Assembly (NCBI GenBank): GCA_964187785.1
Contig: OZ076413.1
Span: 33,480,001-33,544,000, forward strand
Length of the DNA: 64,000 nt
Origin: Amphiscolops sp. MND2022
Lineage: Eukaryota
Direction: 5' to 3'
Of the stretch, positions 12,501 to 24,799 are shown piece by piece. The translations under genes were made by a program, and so were the position numbers. The notes under the pieces were generated by a model. That model saw only the letters and a list, made by a program, of their open reading frames with translations. It had not been told where the DNA came from and searched no databases. Positions within the stretch are counted from its first letter, which is position 1, and every line of letters starts with the position of its first letter.

Positions 12501-14130
12501 GACGTATATCATTTATGCCAAGTTCCGCATGCCATAGTCAAAATTCAAATTCCGTATAATGATGTATATTCATCAATCTAATTTCCGCAATGCGTCGTAT
12601 AGTCAGAATTTAAATCCGCAGAAAGACGTATCTTCTTCATGCTAAATTCCGCATGGTGTTGCATAGTCAGAATTTAAATTCCACAAATAGACGTATATTC
12701 TTTATGCCAAATTCCGCATGGCGTCGCATAACTATGAACAGAAAACTAATGCGCGTTTCCACGTAATCAGAATTTCAAATCCGCATCTTGATGTGTAGTC
12801 ACCAGTGGAAATTCGCTCAGTGACGTTTTGCCAGTTCGCTGTTTGAAAATTCGCATAATCACGTATTATCAAAATTTCAAATCTATACACTGCTTAATCA
12901 TCGAGATAAAGATGTATAGTTACGATTTCAAACTTCGTGTGTCTATCTGGACACAATTCAGGTTCTAGACAGTGGTGAAGCTTCGGTGCTTTTATGACAA
13001 GTGATTTTAGATTTTGTTCTAGACAACTATGCATTTTCTGAGGTACATGGGGAGTTGAATCAAGGTTTCAGATTTTTCAACCAATTCACCGTTTTCGTGT
13101 ACAGCCAGCCAAAGAATTTGTTACGTGATGGCTTTCCCGGAGACATCTCATATTGGGATCCGAATCTAAAGATTGATCTGACGCAACCTGATGTTCCTTT
13201 TAAAACACCTGCCAATTTTGTTTTAAAAGCAGATATCCACAGCCTCATTACTTCTAGTCAACTACCACGACCACTTATAATCGCGGAGCAATCCATTGCT
13301 TTCTGCAATTCATTTTTTAGTATTTTGTTGTCCCATGATAATTTAAAATCAGCACTGTTTTGTGTACCTTCCTGTTTTGATCATGCCGTTATTCTTGATT
13401 GACCGGAACACCTTTACATCACTGCAATTGAAGATCTCACCAGTTACTTTGTTTTGACAGGAATAATTTCAGGAGGGAACAAATCTAAAGCATTTAGCCA
13501 ATACCGTTCATTCGTTACGAAGCTTCGTACAGTGGAAGATGTCCCAAACGCGATTGGGTTTTGTATCTAGGGTCTCATTATGAGATGCAGAGTCGATCCG
13601 AATTGTCACATGTCTTTCGTATTGCTTTCCTGTGTTTACCGCCAGTGGTGACAGTACCTACAAAAATTTGAAAATTCTGTTCCTGATTTGGAGTCTGATC
13701 AGGATGCATTCAAGTTGGTAGTTAGGAGCTTACGGTTGTCTCATGTCACTGTACCTAACGTCTCTAGCCTCTTCTGTGATTCTAACTCTGTAAAACGAAT
13801 CTTCCGACTGCCTGCTTGGGCGAGGCCAAGAAATACTCAGTGATAAGAACTTCTCCATTTGGGGTTACTTGCGCGGAAGCGGAGCTCGACGGACAACTTT
13901 GTTGGAGAAGTTCGAGGCGGTATACAAAAAGTCCGTTTTACAGACCGAAGGATAGTCTATATTTCTGGAAACCACTGCTCCGAGTGTAAGTCGTTTATTG
14001 AGCACCACCAGCTCACCTGGTTCAGGGCTTTCTGTTGGTTGCGTATCAATTAGTGTAGCCCGCTGCACTAAAGTGGAGCCTGATATAAGCAAGAATAAAA
14101 AAGGGAAAACCGAAAAGGCCAGTGATAAGA
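9590..14130 (+). pseudogene. Antisense multi-exon cargo gene of element A: C2H2/BED-like zinc finger plus weakly hAT-like body
   Basis: WWCKVCKVELSLMSRGLLEMMSHYKTESH at 10802-10882. GT donors (gtgagt ~9688, gtaagt ~11209) and a pyrimidine-rich AG acceptor (~11326). Later blocks IDFLLMNVRRALDRDW, FCNSFFSILLSHDNLKSALF..SCFDHAVILD and RSELSHVFRIAFLCL align to the B cargo gene. Confidence 0.7.
12467..12735. repeat. Degenerate tandem array, ~65-bp unit, ~4-5 copies
   Basis: The atag(t)ca..aatt.aaattcc...gacgtat...aaattccgcatg unit recurs at 12474, 12534, 12599, 12663 and 12728. Confidence 0.8.
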
Positions 14131-14315
14131 AGAATTAATGTTGTTTCATACTCTTCTGAGTTTATTAGTTTGTTGTATAAACTTGGATTGCATTATCTTC
14201 GTTGGTTTGTATTTAATTAATGTTGATTGGTCTGGATGCTGGCAAGGAGGATAGTATACTGAATTCTAAGTCCTCGAAGTTAGAAAAAATTATGTCAGTG
14301 GTTTGCTTTTTTTAG

Positions 14316-17300
14316 TATTTGAAAGAGTCTGAGTAGTTTGGGTTGGGATTAGGACGTAGGTCGTTTTTTCACCAGGAATATTTGTAGGTTCTTCTTGTAA
14401 TGAGGTACTTTGAGAATGTTTCGGGCTGTTTTGGGTATCATTTTCCGATGTATTATTTTTATCTTTTTGGGTTTCTTGTGTATTTGGGTCATCTTCAACA
14501 GAGTCTTGTGGGGTTATATCTATTATTTTTTTCTAGTTCAATGGTTTGTTCCACTGGGCTCCCCCCATTTGTTTTTAGAAAATCGGGGAAGGGTGGATGG
14601 TTATTTTTGGAATTTGTAATCGGTTGTATTCCGTATCTTCGTCATTTCGTGAAGAATCTGATGGGCCATCATCCAATGGGTTGGGGCCAAAATTCGTATT
14701 ATATGAAGGGCAGATAGATCATCATGTGCAACTATCATCTGGTCATCTTTTTGCCAATCAGTTCACGAACAAATATGTCCGCTAGAGGCGCTTGCGGGGT
14801 GAATTTCCCCTATGTAGCAACTGTTTCTTATTAGTGCCAAGTCGCCGTACTTTTTCCACTCTGTACGATCCGCACCATCTGAATTTGCCAAATGGTATTT
14901 TTGTGACTTGATTATCTGCCTTTGGAGTAAGAGTATAGCAGTTATCAGTAGTTTCGAGCGGAGCTGCATTTGCTTTTCTATCGTAGTAAGCTTTGTACTT
15001 GAGATATGACTGCATGATGTTCTTCTTAGTCTAGTCTAGAAGAACCTGCATTCGCCGTTGTAATTCTTCGGCAAAGTCAGTTTGTGGTTGAAATCTGGGA
15101 CTTGGATTATAACGTTATTTTGTGGTATACGGCCATGGAACACTCTCGAAGGTTCGCAACATAGTGATGCATTGTTTGTTGTGTTGTGATTCAGAACTGC
15201 CAATGGGAGATATTTATGCCAGCTCTTCCTAAACTCGCCTATTGCGGCATTTAGATGTGTTTCGACTGGTGCATGGGTTCTCTCAAGGAATCCTATTGTT
15301 TGAACATGTTTCAGTGTGGCATGTTTCAACTCAATCCCTAGTACCGTGGCAATTTCGTGAGTTACCTGGACATTGAATTGAGTTCCGAGATCTGTGATTA
15401 TTATTGTTTGGAGGTAAGTGTGTTTACATAGTATATCCATTATTACTCTTGACACAGCTGTGGAAGTGATGCGGGAATTACAGGATAGACAATCAAATAT
15501 CTCGAGAAGACATCTTTCGCAGTTTTGATGTGGTCATAACCTCCGCTAGGTGGAAGGTTTGGTAGGATATCCATCTGTGAGGTGTCTTCAGGACCAAGGT
15601 CCCATTCCGGACGTTCAAGGAGTTCTGTCCGGAGGAGGTCATTGTGAATACGTTTAGTTTGGATGCTTGTTTGACAATTATTAGCCCTTTTTCAAATGTA
15701 TTTAGCTATACATGCGAAGTAATACTTTTGTCTGCTTTCTTGTATCATCTTTGTGATTCCCGAACGGTTTGAATAATGACCATAAACGGTTTGGGGGAAT
15801 TCTTCCAGGAGTTGTTTAGGGAGCAAAAGTTGGTAGTGAGATATGATTCCTTTGTCAGTATATTGTTTGCGGGTAAGGACTTCCTGTTAGATTTCTAGTC
15901 TTGTCATATTGTGAAGGTAATGTTGGTGTCTGTAATCTGAAGCTAACTCATTTTTGTCGAATGGTTGACCTTCTAGTTTAGCTCGCAAGTTTCAGAATAC
16001 AATATCGTTGTGTTGTTTGAGACTGATTCGGGCATTGTCTTTAAAGTGCCCTGTTGAGCAGGAGATCAGGCCTGATGTGGGTTTATGAAACTGCTGGAGC
16101 TCAGTTCCGTTGTTTTCTGGTTCAAAATGTTTCATTTCAAGCTTGTTCACGCATATTGTGTTTTTCTTTCCTTAATTGATTTTCGTCGATTTCATCATCA
16201 GGAAGGATGTAAAATTTGCTCCTCTTCTACAATGCCTGATGATTGAATGTTAACTTCTATTGGCTTTGTGTTAATTTCATTGCGGATGGTCATTTCAAGT
16301 TTCTCAGTAGGGTTCACTTCAGTTCTCGAAAGGAAATCAGCCGCTGAATTCGTTGAACCGGCGACACGGGCAATGAAAAAAAAATTGTACTGCAAAAACG
16401 TGATCACAAGCGTTCCAAAGTGCTGGGGGATTTAGTTTTGCTTGAAAAAAATTTTTTCACCGACCTGTTGTCTGTGAAGACATTTACTGGCAACGTAGAT
16501 CCCGACATGAAGGGTCCAAACTCAACCAACGCAAAATAAATTGACGGAAATGTTTTTGCGTAAATTGACACCTTTGTTTGTGTCGGATTGAAGGTCTTTG
16601 AGTCAAAAGCTATAGGTGCATAGGTTTTGCGTTTGGATTGTATTTTTTGTTTTGGATCAACTTCTATCATTATTGCGTATCCGGGGGCTGTGAAGCTTGC
16701 GTCAGACATGACTATAAGTTGTTTTTCTTTGAGTGGTTGTTTTAACGCTAATTGGCCAGAGTTTTCAAGGAGTTTGTTCAGGTTTGTGAAATCTTCCACA
16801 AAATTGTTGAAATTTGGAAGTTTTTTGAGGAGTTTGAAAAACGGGTTGAGCCGTTCTGAAAGGCGTGGATCGAAGTTTTGGTAATAATTTAAAAAGCTGA
16901 AAGCGATATACCTCTGTAACGCTTTTTGATTTGGGAAAACGGAGTTTTGAGAGGAAGTCTTTCATTTTGTCGGCTTGAGGGGAAGTCCCAGGAAGTCCGC
17001 TTCCTTAACTCCCAAAATGACACTTTGACATGGAGAGTTTCAATCCCGCATTACGCATGCATTCAGAGACAGTTCTGATATTGGTACAATTATGTTTTGT
17101 GTTGTTGGCTGCTATGCCGATGTCATTGACATATTGGGCACATTTGTCTGCTTTGATTGCTTTGTCCAGGTACTCTCTCATGAAGATTGGGAATGCAGAA
17201 AGTGATCTGCTGAGACCTTGGGCAAGCCGATGATAAGCAAATGTTCTGCTTCCAAACTTAAAGGCGGGCATTTGAATGGATTGATAATCTGTCATTTAGA

Positions 17301-18760
17301 GTCAGTGGTAAGCCTGGGAGCAATCCAATTTGCAGAAACGCTTTTTCCATGCCATGTGTTGGGCTGCATCCGAAAATGTGCGTACCGGGTGGTTGTTATT
17401 GATATAATCTTCAGTAATGAGACGAGAAGTGTGAGACGCCCGTTGTGTTTGCGTTGTGCAAAAATTGGGCTAGCGTATTTGGAAAAGGTAGAGTTGTAAT
17501 TATACCATACTTGTGTAGAAGTGCAAGTTCTACTGTGATATCATCTTTGAGGTTTATCAGTGTTGGCAGACGTTGGCTATATGCAGGCTTGTCATCATTG
17601 GGCGTTAAGTTTACTTTGAATTCACATTTTGCGCCAATGCCAATATCGAAACGATGCCTGGCAAAAATGTCAAGAAATTCCTTGAGAAATTCTTCGATTT
17701 CTTGTTGTTTCTCTGGGCTGAGTGTTATAACGGTGCAGTCAAAATTGGAAGGAAAAGATTTTCTCGAGGATTCATCCTCATGCGGGTTGAGTTTTTCAAG
17801 TTCCCATAGCTCTAGTAGTTCATTGTATATGCGTTGTTGAATTAGAGTGTAGGTTGTTGGGTCGTTTGGTTCTTCGGGGGTTGGGAACCAGTATGTCTCT
17901 TGCTCAGTGTTTGGTTGTGGAACTTTGGGGAGTTCATTTATGTAGACCACTGTGTAATGTTCATGTTGTATTATGAAGGATAACATCGGTGGGTTTACTG
18001 GTTGAATATGCTTGGTTTGTTCGGCTGTGAGTATTTTGAAAACTGCTAAATGGGTGTCAAGGGTATTTGTATATAGTAGTTCGGCGAAATTGATGACTTG
18101 GTACCCGATAGCATTACTTTTAACAGTGATTCTGTGATGAAGATGCTATCTTGGTTTTCAAATTGTTGTGGTGGGGTGACAATACCAGTTGCGTCATGGT
18201 CCATCAAATGGGGCATTCTGCTGGCAATGGCGAGTGTTTCGCCTGGTTGTAAAGTGTATGTATTTTCTGCAAACAACGGGGTTGCTTGACGTATGGATGT
18301 TTGGGTGTCGGATTTAGCTTGCATCGAGAGGTAAGGAAAAGTCAAGATGCCTTGAGGTACGTCGAAAATGGCAATGTTTCTCCTGAGGAAACAAATTCCA
18401 ATTAGTGGGTTTGGGAGGTGTTTCATTATGATGAAGTTTTTCTTGACCATAAAGTCGGCCACTTGAAATTCAAGTAGTACTGTACCACTTGGAATTTCTA
18501 GTTGGCGATTGGCCACAAGGATTCGGAAGTTTGGTGGAAGGGCAGTTTCTTTGTTTGCGTCGCTAGCAAAAAATTGGTTTTGTTAAGGTCTTGCTCAGAA
18601 ATTGCACTAGTCAGGGCTCCTGTGTCAAGGAGACCGTCTAGTGTGAATTTTTCGAAGTCCATTGGAATATAGTACATGTGGCATTTTCGCTTTAAAGTTG
18701 AAGACGTCGAAATTGGGAGGTATGACAAGTTGCGTTCTTTGTCAAACTGCATGTGATCGG
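14316..18760 (-). pseudogene. pol: pol of element A (protease, RT, RNase H, integrase), many stops and frameshifts
   Basis: LLDTGALTSAIS (PR); RLAQGLSRSLSAF...CAQYVND (RT, YVDD mutated); LIVMSDASF...YAPIAF (RH); IITDLGTQF...QTIGFLERTH (IN); C-terminal RPNPNPNY shared with B. Confidence 0.92.
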
Positions 18761-18989
18761 AAAGGTCATCATGCAGCAGAGGTTGTTTTTGATCATTGCA
18801 AGAAGTTCTTATTGTGACTTGAGTTTTTGGCAGGGTGGTGTGGTGAATTTCAGGGTATGAGTCGATTGTGGCGTGGGTTGTTTGTTGCGTAAAGTAGTTG
18901 TCTGGTGCATCATGTAAAAGTTCATAAAAGTCCTCAGGTTGAGTTTTTGGTGTTGAATGTTGTGAATGTGTCGTTGATAAGTCTGTTTC

Positions 18990-20704
18990 AAAGGCTGCTA
19001 TGTTTGTTGGTTTTGGTCTCAGCGTGGCGTGGCGTTCCTAGTTTAAATCCTTCGAGGAGGATTGTTGATGTTGTTCAATTATTTATCGTCGCGTTTTTTG
19101 CTTGTTTCTACTCTTCAATAACTTTCTTATGTGCTTCGGTGAGGTTCCATTGTGGTATTCGATTATCCATTTTGGCACCAAATAGCAATCTTCTTCTTGG
19201 TGGGTTTTTGCATTTGGGGCATTTCAGTGCGTCCGGGTCTTCCTCGAGTTTACGTCGTATTGCTAGTTACGGGCAGTCAATCCTTGTATGACTGGCGTGT
19301 TTGCAATACCGGCATCGATCATTTTGAAATGTTATTTCGGGTACTGTTTTTGGGGTTTGTTTTTTTTGTTTTCCTCATTGTGCTTTTTGTTGGGTTATTC
19401 TGCACTTTGTTATTTTTTAATCACAGTCAATTGGGTTTTTACTAGTTGTTCCTCAGCTTCAAGACCCTTGAGTTCCATCTCTCGTTCAGAGATGTTTGAC
19501 AATTTGGTCATAGGTGCCATTTTGAGGTATTTTTGATTGATGGATTTTTATTTAGATGTCGGGGTATTTTGGCAAAGTGCAAATTCTCGATCAGTAGGTG
19601 TGCATTTTCTCCAAATGCTTTCTCAGCACTTTCCTGGAGTTCTTCTAGGATGTCTGGAAGTTTTTGATTAACGGGTTGAAAGGATTGTCTGTAAAATCTA
19701 TGTTTTGCTGAAGCGCTAGATTCTGTTTTTACCTATTTCCTGCGGAAAGCTTTTAAGATGTCTTCCAGAGTTGTGTGAGGAGTTCTTTGAATGTTTTTAA
19801 AAGGTTTTAGTACCTTTAAGAGGTTTTGAAATGATTAATTTTCATCTCCTCTGTGAGGTTGGGTTGCATTCGTAGAGTTCCACGAAACAGGTCTTCGAAG
19901 AATTCAATTTTCTCATTTTTCTACTTTTTGCCACTGAAGGTGAGTGTATTTTTTGGACGAAATAGTGATTGTGGGATGCTTTTGTTGACTGTTTTTTCTA
20001 TTGCAAGTGGTATCTGATTAACTGGATCAAGTGGGTTTGCTGTCGATGTTGACGTGTTGTGGTCTGCGTGGGATCATGTGGTATCATTGAGAGATTGATT
20101 GTTTTGTGAGCTCTGTCTATGGAGTTGTCGATTGGCTCCTGTCACCATGTGATAATCCTCTTCCTCTGAATCTTCGTTCGAGACTAATGTGGAGTCTAAA
20201 TCTATTTCACTTCGAAAAAAGAAGCTTAGCAGAACGTCGTAAGTCTCTCATTTCAAATGCTTTAAGAGGATGATCCTCGTCTTCTGATTCTGAGTTTTCA
20301 GTTTTGGATGCGTTAACGTCTATAGACTTTTTACTTTTGGAACCCGATGGTAGCATATCATCAGTTTCATTTATCTCAGACCTAGGATTTGTAACTGTAG
20401 ACACACTTTTGTTTGATTTTATTTCTTTCAAAAATGCGTCTAGCTTGTTCTCCATCTCTTATCTTATTTTCGCGATTCTATCGCTGTTTCGCTGTTCGAA
20501 AGTTCGGGTCAAAGCTTGTATTTCATTGCTGATTTGACTGGGTTCAGTTAAACAACTTTTTGAATAAGAGAGTCACCTAAACCTTATCGAACATTCAAAT
20601 TAGAATCAGTAAAAATTATATTACCTGTTTCTGGAGAACCGACCCTAGTTCTGCTAGCCGCTGGGAGATGATGTTTCTGGTCTTTTCGACCTCCTGTTTC
20701 CCAT
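18990..20704 (-). pseudogene. gag: gag of element A, starting inside the 5' LTR
   Basis: ATG at 20704 in the LTR. ...SEEEDYH-MVTGANRQL crosses the LTR/PBS junction, followed by decayed gag-like blocks (MKINHF, LEELQESAEKAFG). Confidence 0.7.
20136..20147 (-). promoter_or_regulatory. Primer-binding site TGGTGACAGGAG of element A (tRNA-Leu-like)
   Basis: Begins TGG directly after the LTR terminal CA; identical PBS in element B. Confidence 0.8.
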
Positions 20705-21487
20705 CTTCCTCAGTAGAAAAGTAGTTATATTTGCTGGGGAAGAATTCAAATTCTTTTTTCAAATTTGAAATCCAAACTTGAAAGAAATGTATAACTAAAT
20801 GACATTCAAATTATGCAATTTTGATTGCAAAATGTATTTTACCGCATAAACGGTATATCTTGAACTGCAGGATGGCGCATAACGCGTATGAACGTTTTTA
20901 TCGAAAGCGAACGATAATGCAGATACATTATAGTTCAATTCGTATGGTAACCTTCGTATGTTTGTCACTGTTTGAACCGTTTGACATTCTATGATGATAG
21001 AGATGAAAAGTGTATGTTACTGCATATACTGATCATCTAAAAGCCCCTATTAACGTATATTTAAAAGTTGTATGATGACGCATATTCACAAAAGATCATT
21101 TCATGCATAATGACGTGTATTCGTGAGATCATTTTATGTATAATGACGCATTTTTGATATTTGTAAAACGCTCATTGATGTTTATTCGTTGTCCTAGTTG
21201 TAGTATGACTACGTATAGTGGAAATCAAAAATCACAGATTGATTATATTTATGTATTTTTTCTGCACGTGTTACGTTTATGAATGGGGTTTAAATGAGCA
21301 ACGCAATTATGGAGGATCAAAAGACTGGTCCAGATTCATCATGAAAAATAAACAATTGATTTACATGACATAGCAAAAACATCATTGAGATAGATGTGAA
21401 GTTTAAAGTGTTTGTTCATCGAGCTCCATAAGGCGTTCCTTTTCCATAGCTGCACTACGGAACCATCGCATCTAGACGGATGCGACA
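20148..21487 (-). repeat. 5' LTR of element A (1340 bp)
   Basis: Minus strand TGTCGCATC...GATTATCACA; direct repeat of 5551-7229. Confidence 0.9.
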
Positions 21488-21883
21488 TGAGGCAACCTTC
21501 TGGGTCGGTTGATGTGTTGATGCAGTGTTGTTGTTATTATATTTCCTCAACAGAAATTGTTGGAGTCTTTTTTAGTATTTACTGTTAAGTTGGAATGCGT
21601 TATAGTAATTTATTTGTCATTGTTTGACTCTCTAAAGATCTGTAAAGATCTGTAAAGATCTGTAAACTCAACAGATCTGTACAGAATGCTACAGAACAAT
21701 GTTTCATAATTTGACAAAAATGAGACTTCTCTCCATTTTTAAACATTTTCATTATTCGTTTGATATCGCTGTAGGGTTTTATTGTGTTTCTGAGTATGTT
21801 AAATTTTTTTCGAAACTGCACATATCTTCAAAGGTATGCAAAAATCCTGCAGATCTGTACAGACTCGGAAAGATCGAAAACCT
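21488..21883. repeat. Right half of the target repeat, between elements A and B
   Basis: Colinear with 1719-2140 and 42645-43035; contains an AAAGATCTGT x3 microrepeat; ends in the 16-bp inverted repeat gaaagatcgaaaacct. Confidence 0.85.
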
Positions 21884-21893
21884 GGGTAATGAT

Positions 21894-24002
21894 TGTTACG
21901 ACTATTGACCGGTGTATTTTCAAAAGTAGTCGCATTTGTTTTCATAGGAGTTGAAGTTGTATTTGGTTGAACGTTTTCTGTCTCACAGTCAGAGTTGTCA
22001 GAGTTTCTAACAACCTCAGTCTTCCCTACAATCGGGGATATTAGTTTTAACATTTCGTTCTAAATTTCGGCTGATATCTTTGTGAATTCATCTAAAATTT
22101 CCTTTCTTAAGGATGTTTTTATCTCGTCAAGATTTTCAGTTTCAACTCTAGGAGCCTTGCGAGTACTAGCTATACAGTACTCCGCTGGATTGTTTTCAGC
22201 TAAAGAGGTTTCTAACTCTCCTGATGCTACCTTCAGCTGTAGTTTTCCTTTTTTGGCTCCTTGTGGTCGTTTTGTAGAAGAAAAATGGGGGTCTTCGGAA
22301 ATTTATGAATTCTTCGAAAACGATTTTATGTTATTCTAACGGAGAGTTTAACTTTAAACCAACAAAGGATTAAGTGAAACTCTTACAACTGTCTACATAA
22401 ATATAGTTTCTTAGCATCATTTGTTCCTCACCTAAAAAAACCTAGGTATCTTAATAATCAGGTTTGTTCACCAAAAGTCCCTAATTATTCAAATTATTTC
22501 TTTCTTGCATCGCCAAATTAGGTATCAATATTCCTAGTTCCGTCAATATTCCGCTGCATTACTGAAATCATTTTTGTTTATGTTAGCACATTTCCTGCCT
22601 AATCTTGAAATGGCGGCAAAAAAACGTCCGATCATCTGCGAAGACACGCCGGCGTGATCAATTAGTCACTTTATGAGCTAAGGATTTTGAAGTTCAAGAC
22701 AAAAGTATGACAAGCAAAAATGACAAGGCTAACGAAACGGAGCAAATATTCTTAGGATTGGAATTGCTCAAGCGATAAAAGACAAAAAGAACAAATGATG
22801 CTGGAATCGAGCCCTTATTATTTAACAAAAATAGCCTGAGGACTGGCAACACAATGCTGAAAATGTCAAACATTAACAAACTGTTCACTTTACATGTTAC
22901 ATTCTAAATTCTACGTAACAACAATTGAAACCAATTGACAGGAGATGGAATGATAATCATAATTGAACAGCACTTTTTCATTGGAGGCAGAACGAAAACA
23001 TCACGTTGTTTTACACCGTATGGGGGAGTAACAATCATATTATAAACTAAGGTATTCAGAACCAACATCAACACATTACAAAACATGGTATTCAATAACA
23101 TACATCATCAACACCTTTCAAAAACAAAACCCTGTTACGCAGATCAAACGTAACTTAGACACTGCATTTTCAGTTGTCAGATGGATAGTATACGATTTAA
23201 CACTAGTGTTACATTTTTTATTCTTCTTTACACTATAACTGTTGTCATGTATGTTTTAAATCTTAGGTCGTTTATGGTAACCTTTTTCCCAAGAAAAATT
23301 AGATTAAATAAGCCTCAGAATCTTACCATCTGCACCGTAAGCGCTCCGTACGTATTAAGATTAGGTATAGATGAGTTACAGTTGACGGACAGTTATCGAA
23401 GAGCGTAGGCATTTTTTCTCTTCCTCTTAACTAAGCGGCGCCGCAAAGGCGACGTTTTTATTGGATTGAGCTCAAATAACTCGGCTAAGAGACAACGCTA
23501 TTGGCCCCTTAATATAGAAAGACCAACTACTTGTTTAATTGAGTGACGCTGCCGTAACGTTGTACTTATTTGCTTAAATTACTTGACTGTAATTTTATTG
23601 AATTCTAACAAACTACTTCTAAAATTGGATAACAATCCACTATCCTATTGTGTATGTTCTTTTCAATTTACATTGTATGATCTCCATTTGGAATGCGGAA
23701 TTATGTATTGTTCTTAATTTCAGAGGACGAAACCGGAAATAAAATATTCACGCCCAAAGTCGTTGGACCGGAAGTTTTAGTTCAGATGAAGTTATTTCCC
23801 AAAATATTCGTAGCGCGTACCTTCAAGTTTATTACTCTGGAAAATCGTAGGTCAAACGTCTAGCTATACTGTAAGTTGAATCACTTAGTTTTAATTACTT
23901 TCATTTAGCAATATTTGCTATGTTCGTATCCAAATGCTCTGGGTCGCAGTCCAGGGATGCCGCAGCAACAAGCAAAACAGCGACCGGGAGCGGGTCGCGA
24001 CA
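21894..24002 (-). repeat. 3' LTR of element B (~2.1 kb)
   Basis: Minus strand TGTCGCGACC...GTCGTAACA; direct repeat of 35661-38168. Confidence 0.88.
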
Positions 24003-24013
24003 GGGCCTCTCTC
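24003..24013 (-). promoter_or_regulatory. Polypurine tract of element B
   Basis: Minus strand GAGAGAGGCCC immediately before the TG LTR start. Confidence 0.65.
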
Positions 24014-24526
24014 GCACGAAAAGCTGTCAGGCCATTACGGTGTGGAAGTTCCATAGTTACTGCGACAGGTTCTTTTCGTGACCTCTGGATGTTCTTAGAG
24101 GAGAATCTTCCAACGCGCCCAGCGAACGAATACAATTTAGAATCACTCAATTCTATTGCGCAAACATCTTCTATCTCTTCCACAGAAGGCTCGCTTAAGT
24201 CATCTTGTTTGTCCATTTTCGGGGGTGGTCATAGGTGGTAGGCGACCCGTTTGTTACAACTCTCAACACAACGGAGGGTTGTAGAGGCGGCAATTGGCGC
24301 GGAGTATCAGGTTCTTCGTACAAGTCGCCAGCGTCGGTTGTTCCACTACGAACGCACAATCTTCGATGTTTTCCCTCCATGTAAAGTGTACTCTGCTGGG
24401 AGACTCTGGTAATTCCAAGGTAGACACTGACGTTACCGATGAATTGAGCTCGGCTTCGCTGCCTCTCCAGACTTCTACGGAAGAATCACTTAAGTCCAGT
24501 CTCCCAACCATGTTTAAGGTCAGCAT
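24003..24526 (-). pseudogene. Sense-strand accessory ORF of element B, unknown product, frameshifted
   Basis: Overlapping minus ORFs 24263..24526, 24195..24380 and 23905..24216; acidic/Ser-rich; the last frame reads through the PPT into the LTR. Same position as the A accessory ORF. Confidence 0.45.
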
Positions 24527-24799
24527 TTCATGGGAGTGCTACAACTTTGATCTTCTTCATCAGAAGAAATGTCGATTACCAGATCGTAATTATTCATCTC
24601 CGGTGCAATTGAAGTATATATTTTGAGCAACTGAGTTTTTCGTTAGTCAGATGGAGAGGTCAACTTTCCTTCGTTTGTAATTTTCACTGGAATTCTATTG
24701 GTCGATTTCCTTCCTTCGTTCCGGTCCGTCTTAAGTTAGGGAAACGCTTTGTTTCCATCTGCGCAGTCATTTGCTGAACCGAGAAGGAAAATCTTTTGA

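Larger units (their letters stand above)
5551..21487 (-). mobile_element. Giant Ty3/Gypsy LTR retrotransposon A (~15.9 kb), decayed
   Basis: Paired LTRs with TG...CA ends whose homology stops exactly at 5551/20148 and 7229/21487. PBS present; PR-RT-RH-IN order; near-TSD TGAGA (5546-5550) / TGAGG (21488-21492). Confidence 0.92.

Noticed and set aside
12467-12735. CRISPR-like array
   Set aside because: Whole units are degenerate repeats with no unique spacers; eukaryotic context; no cas genes.
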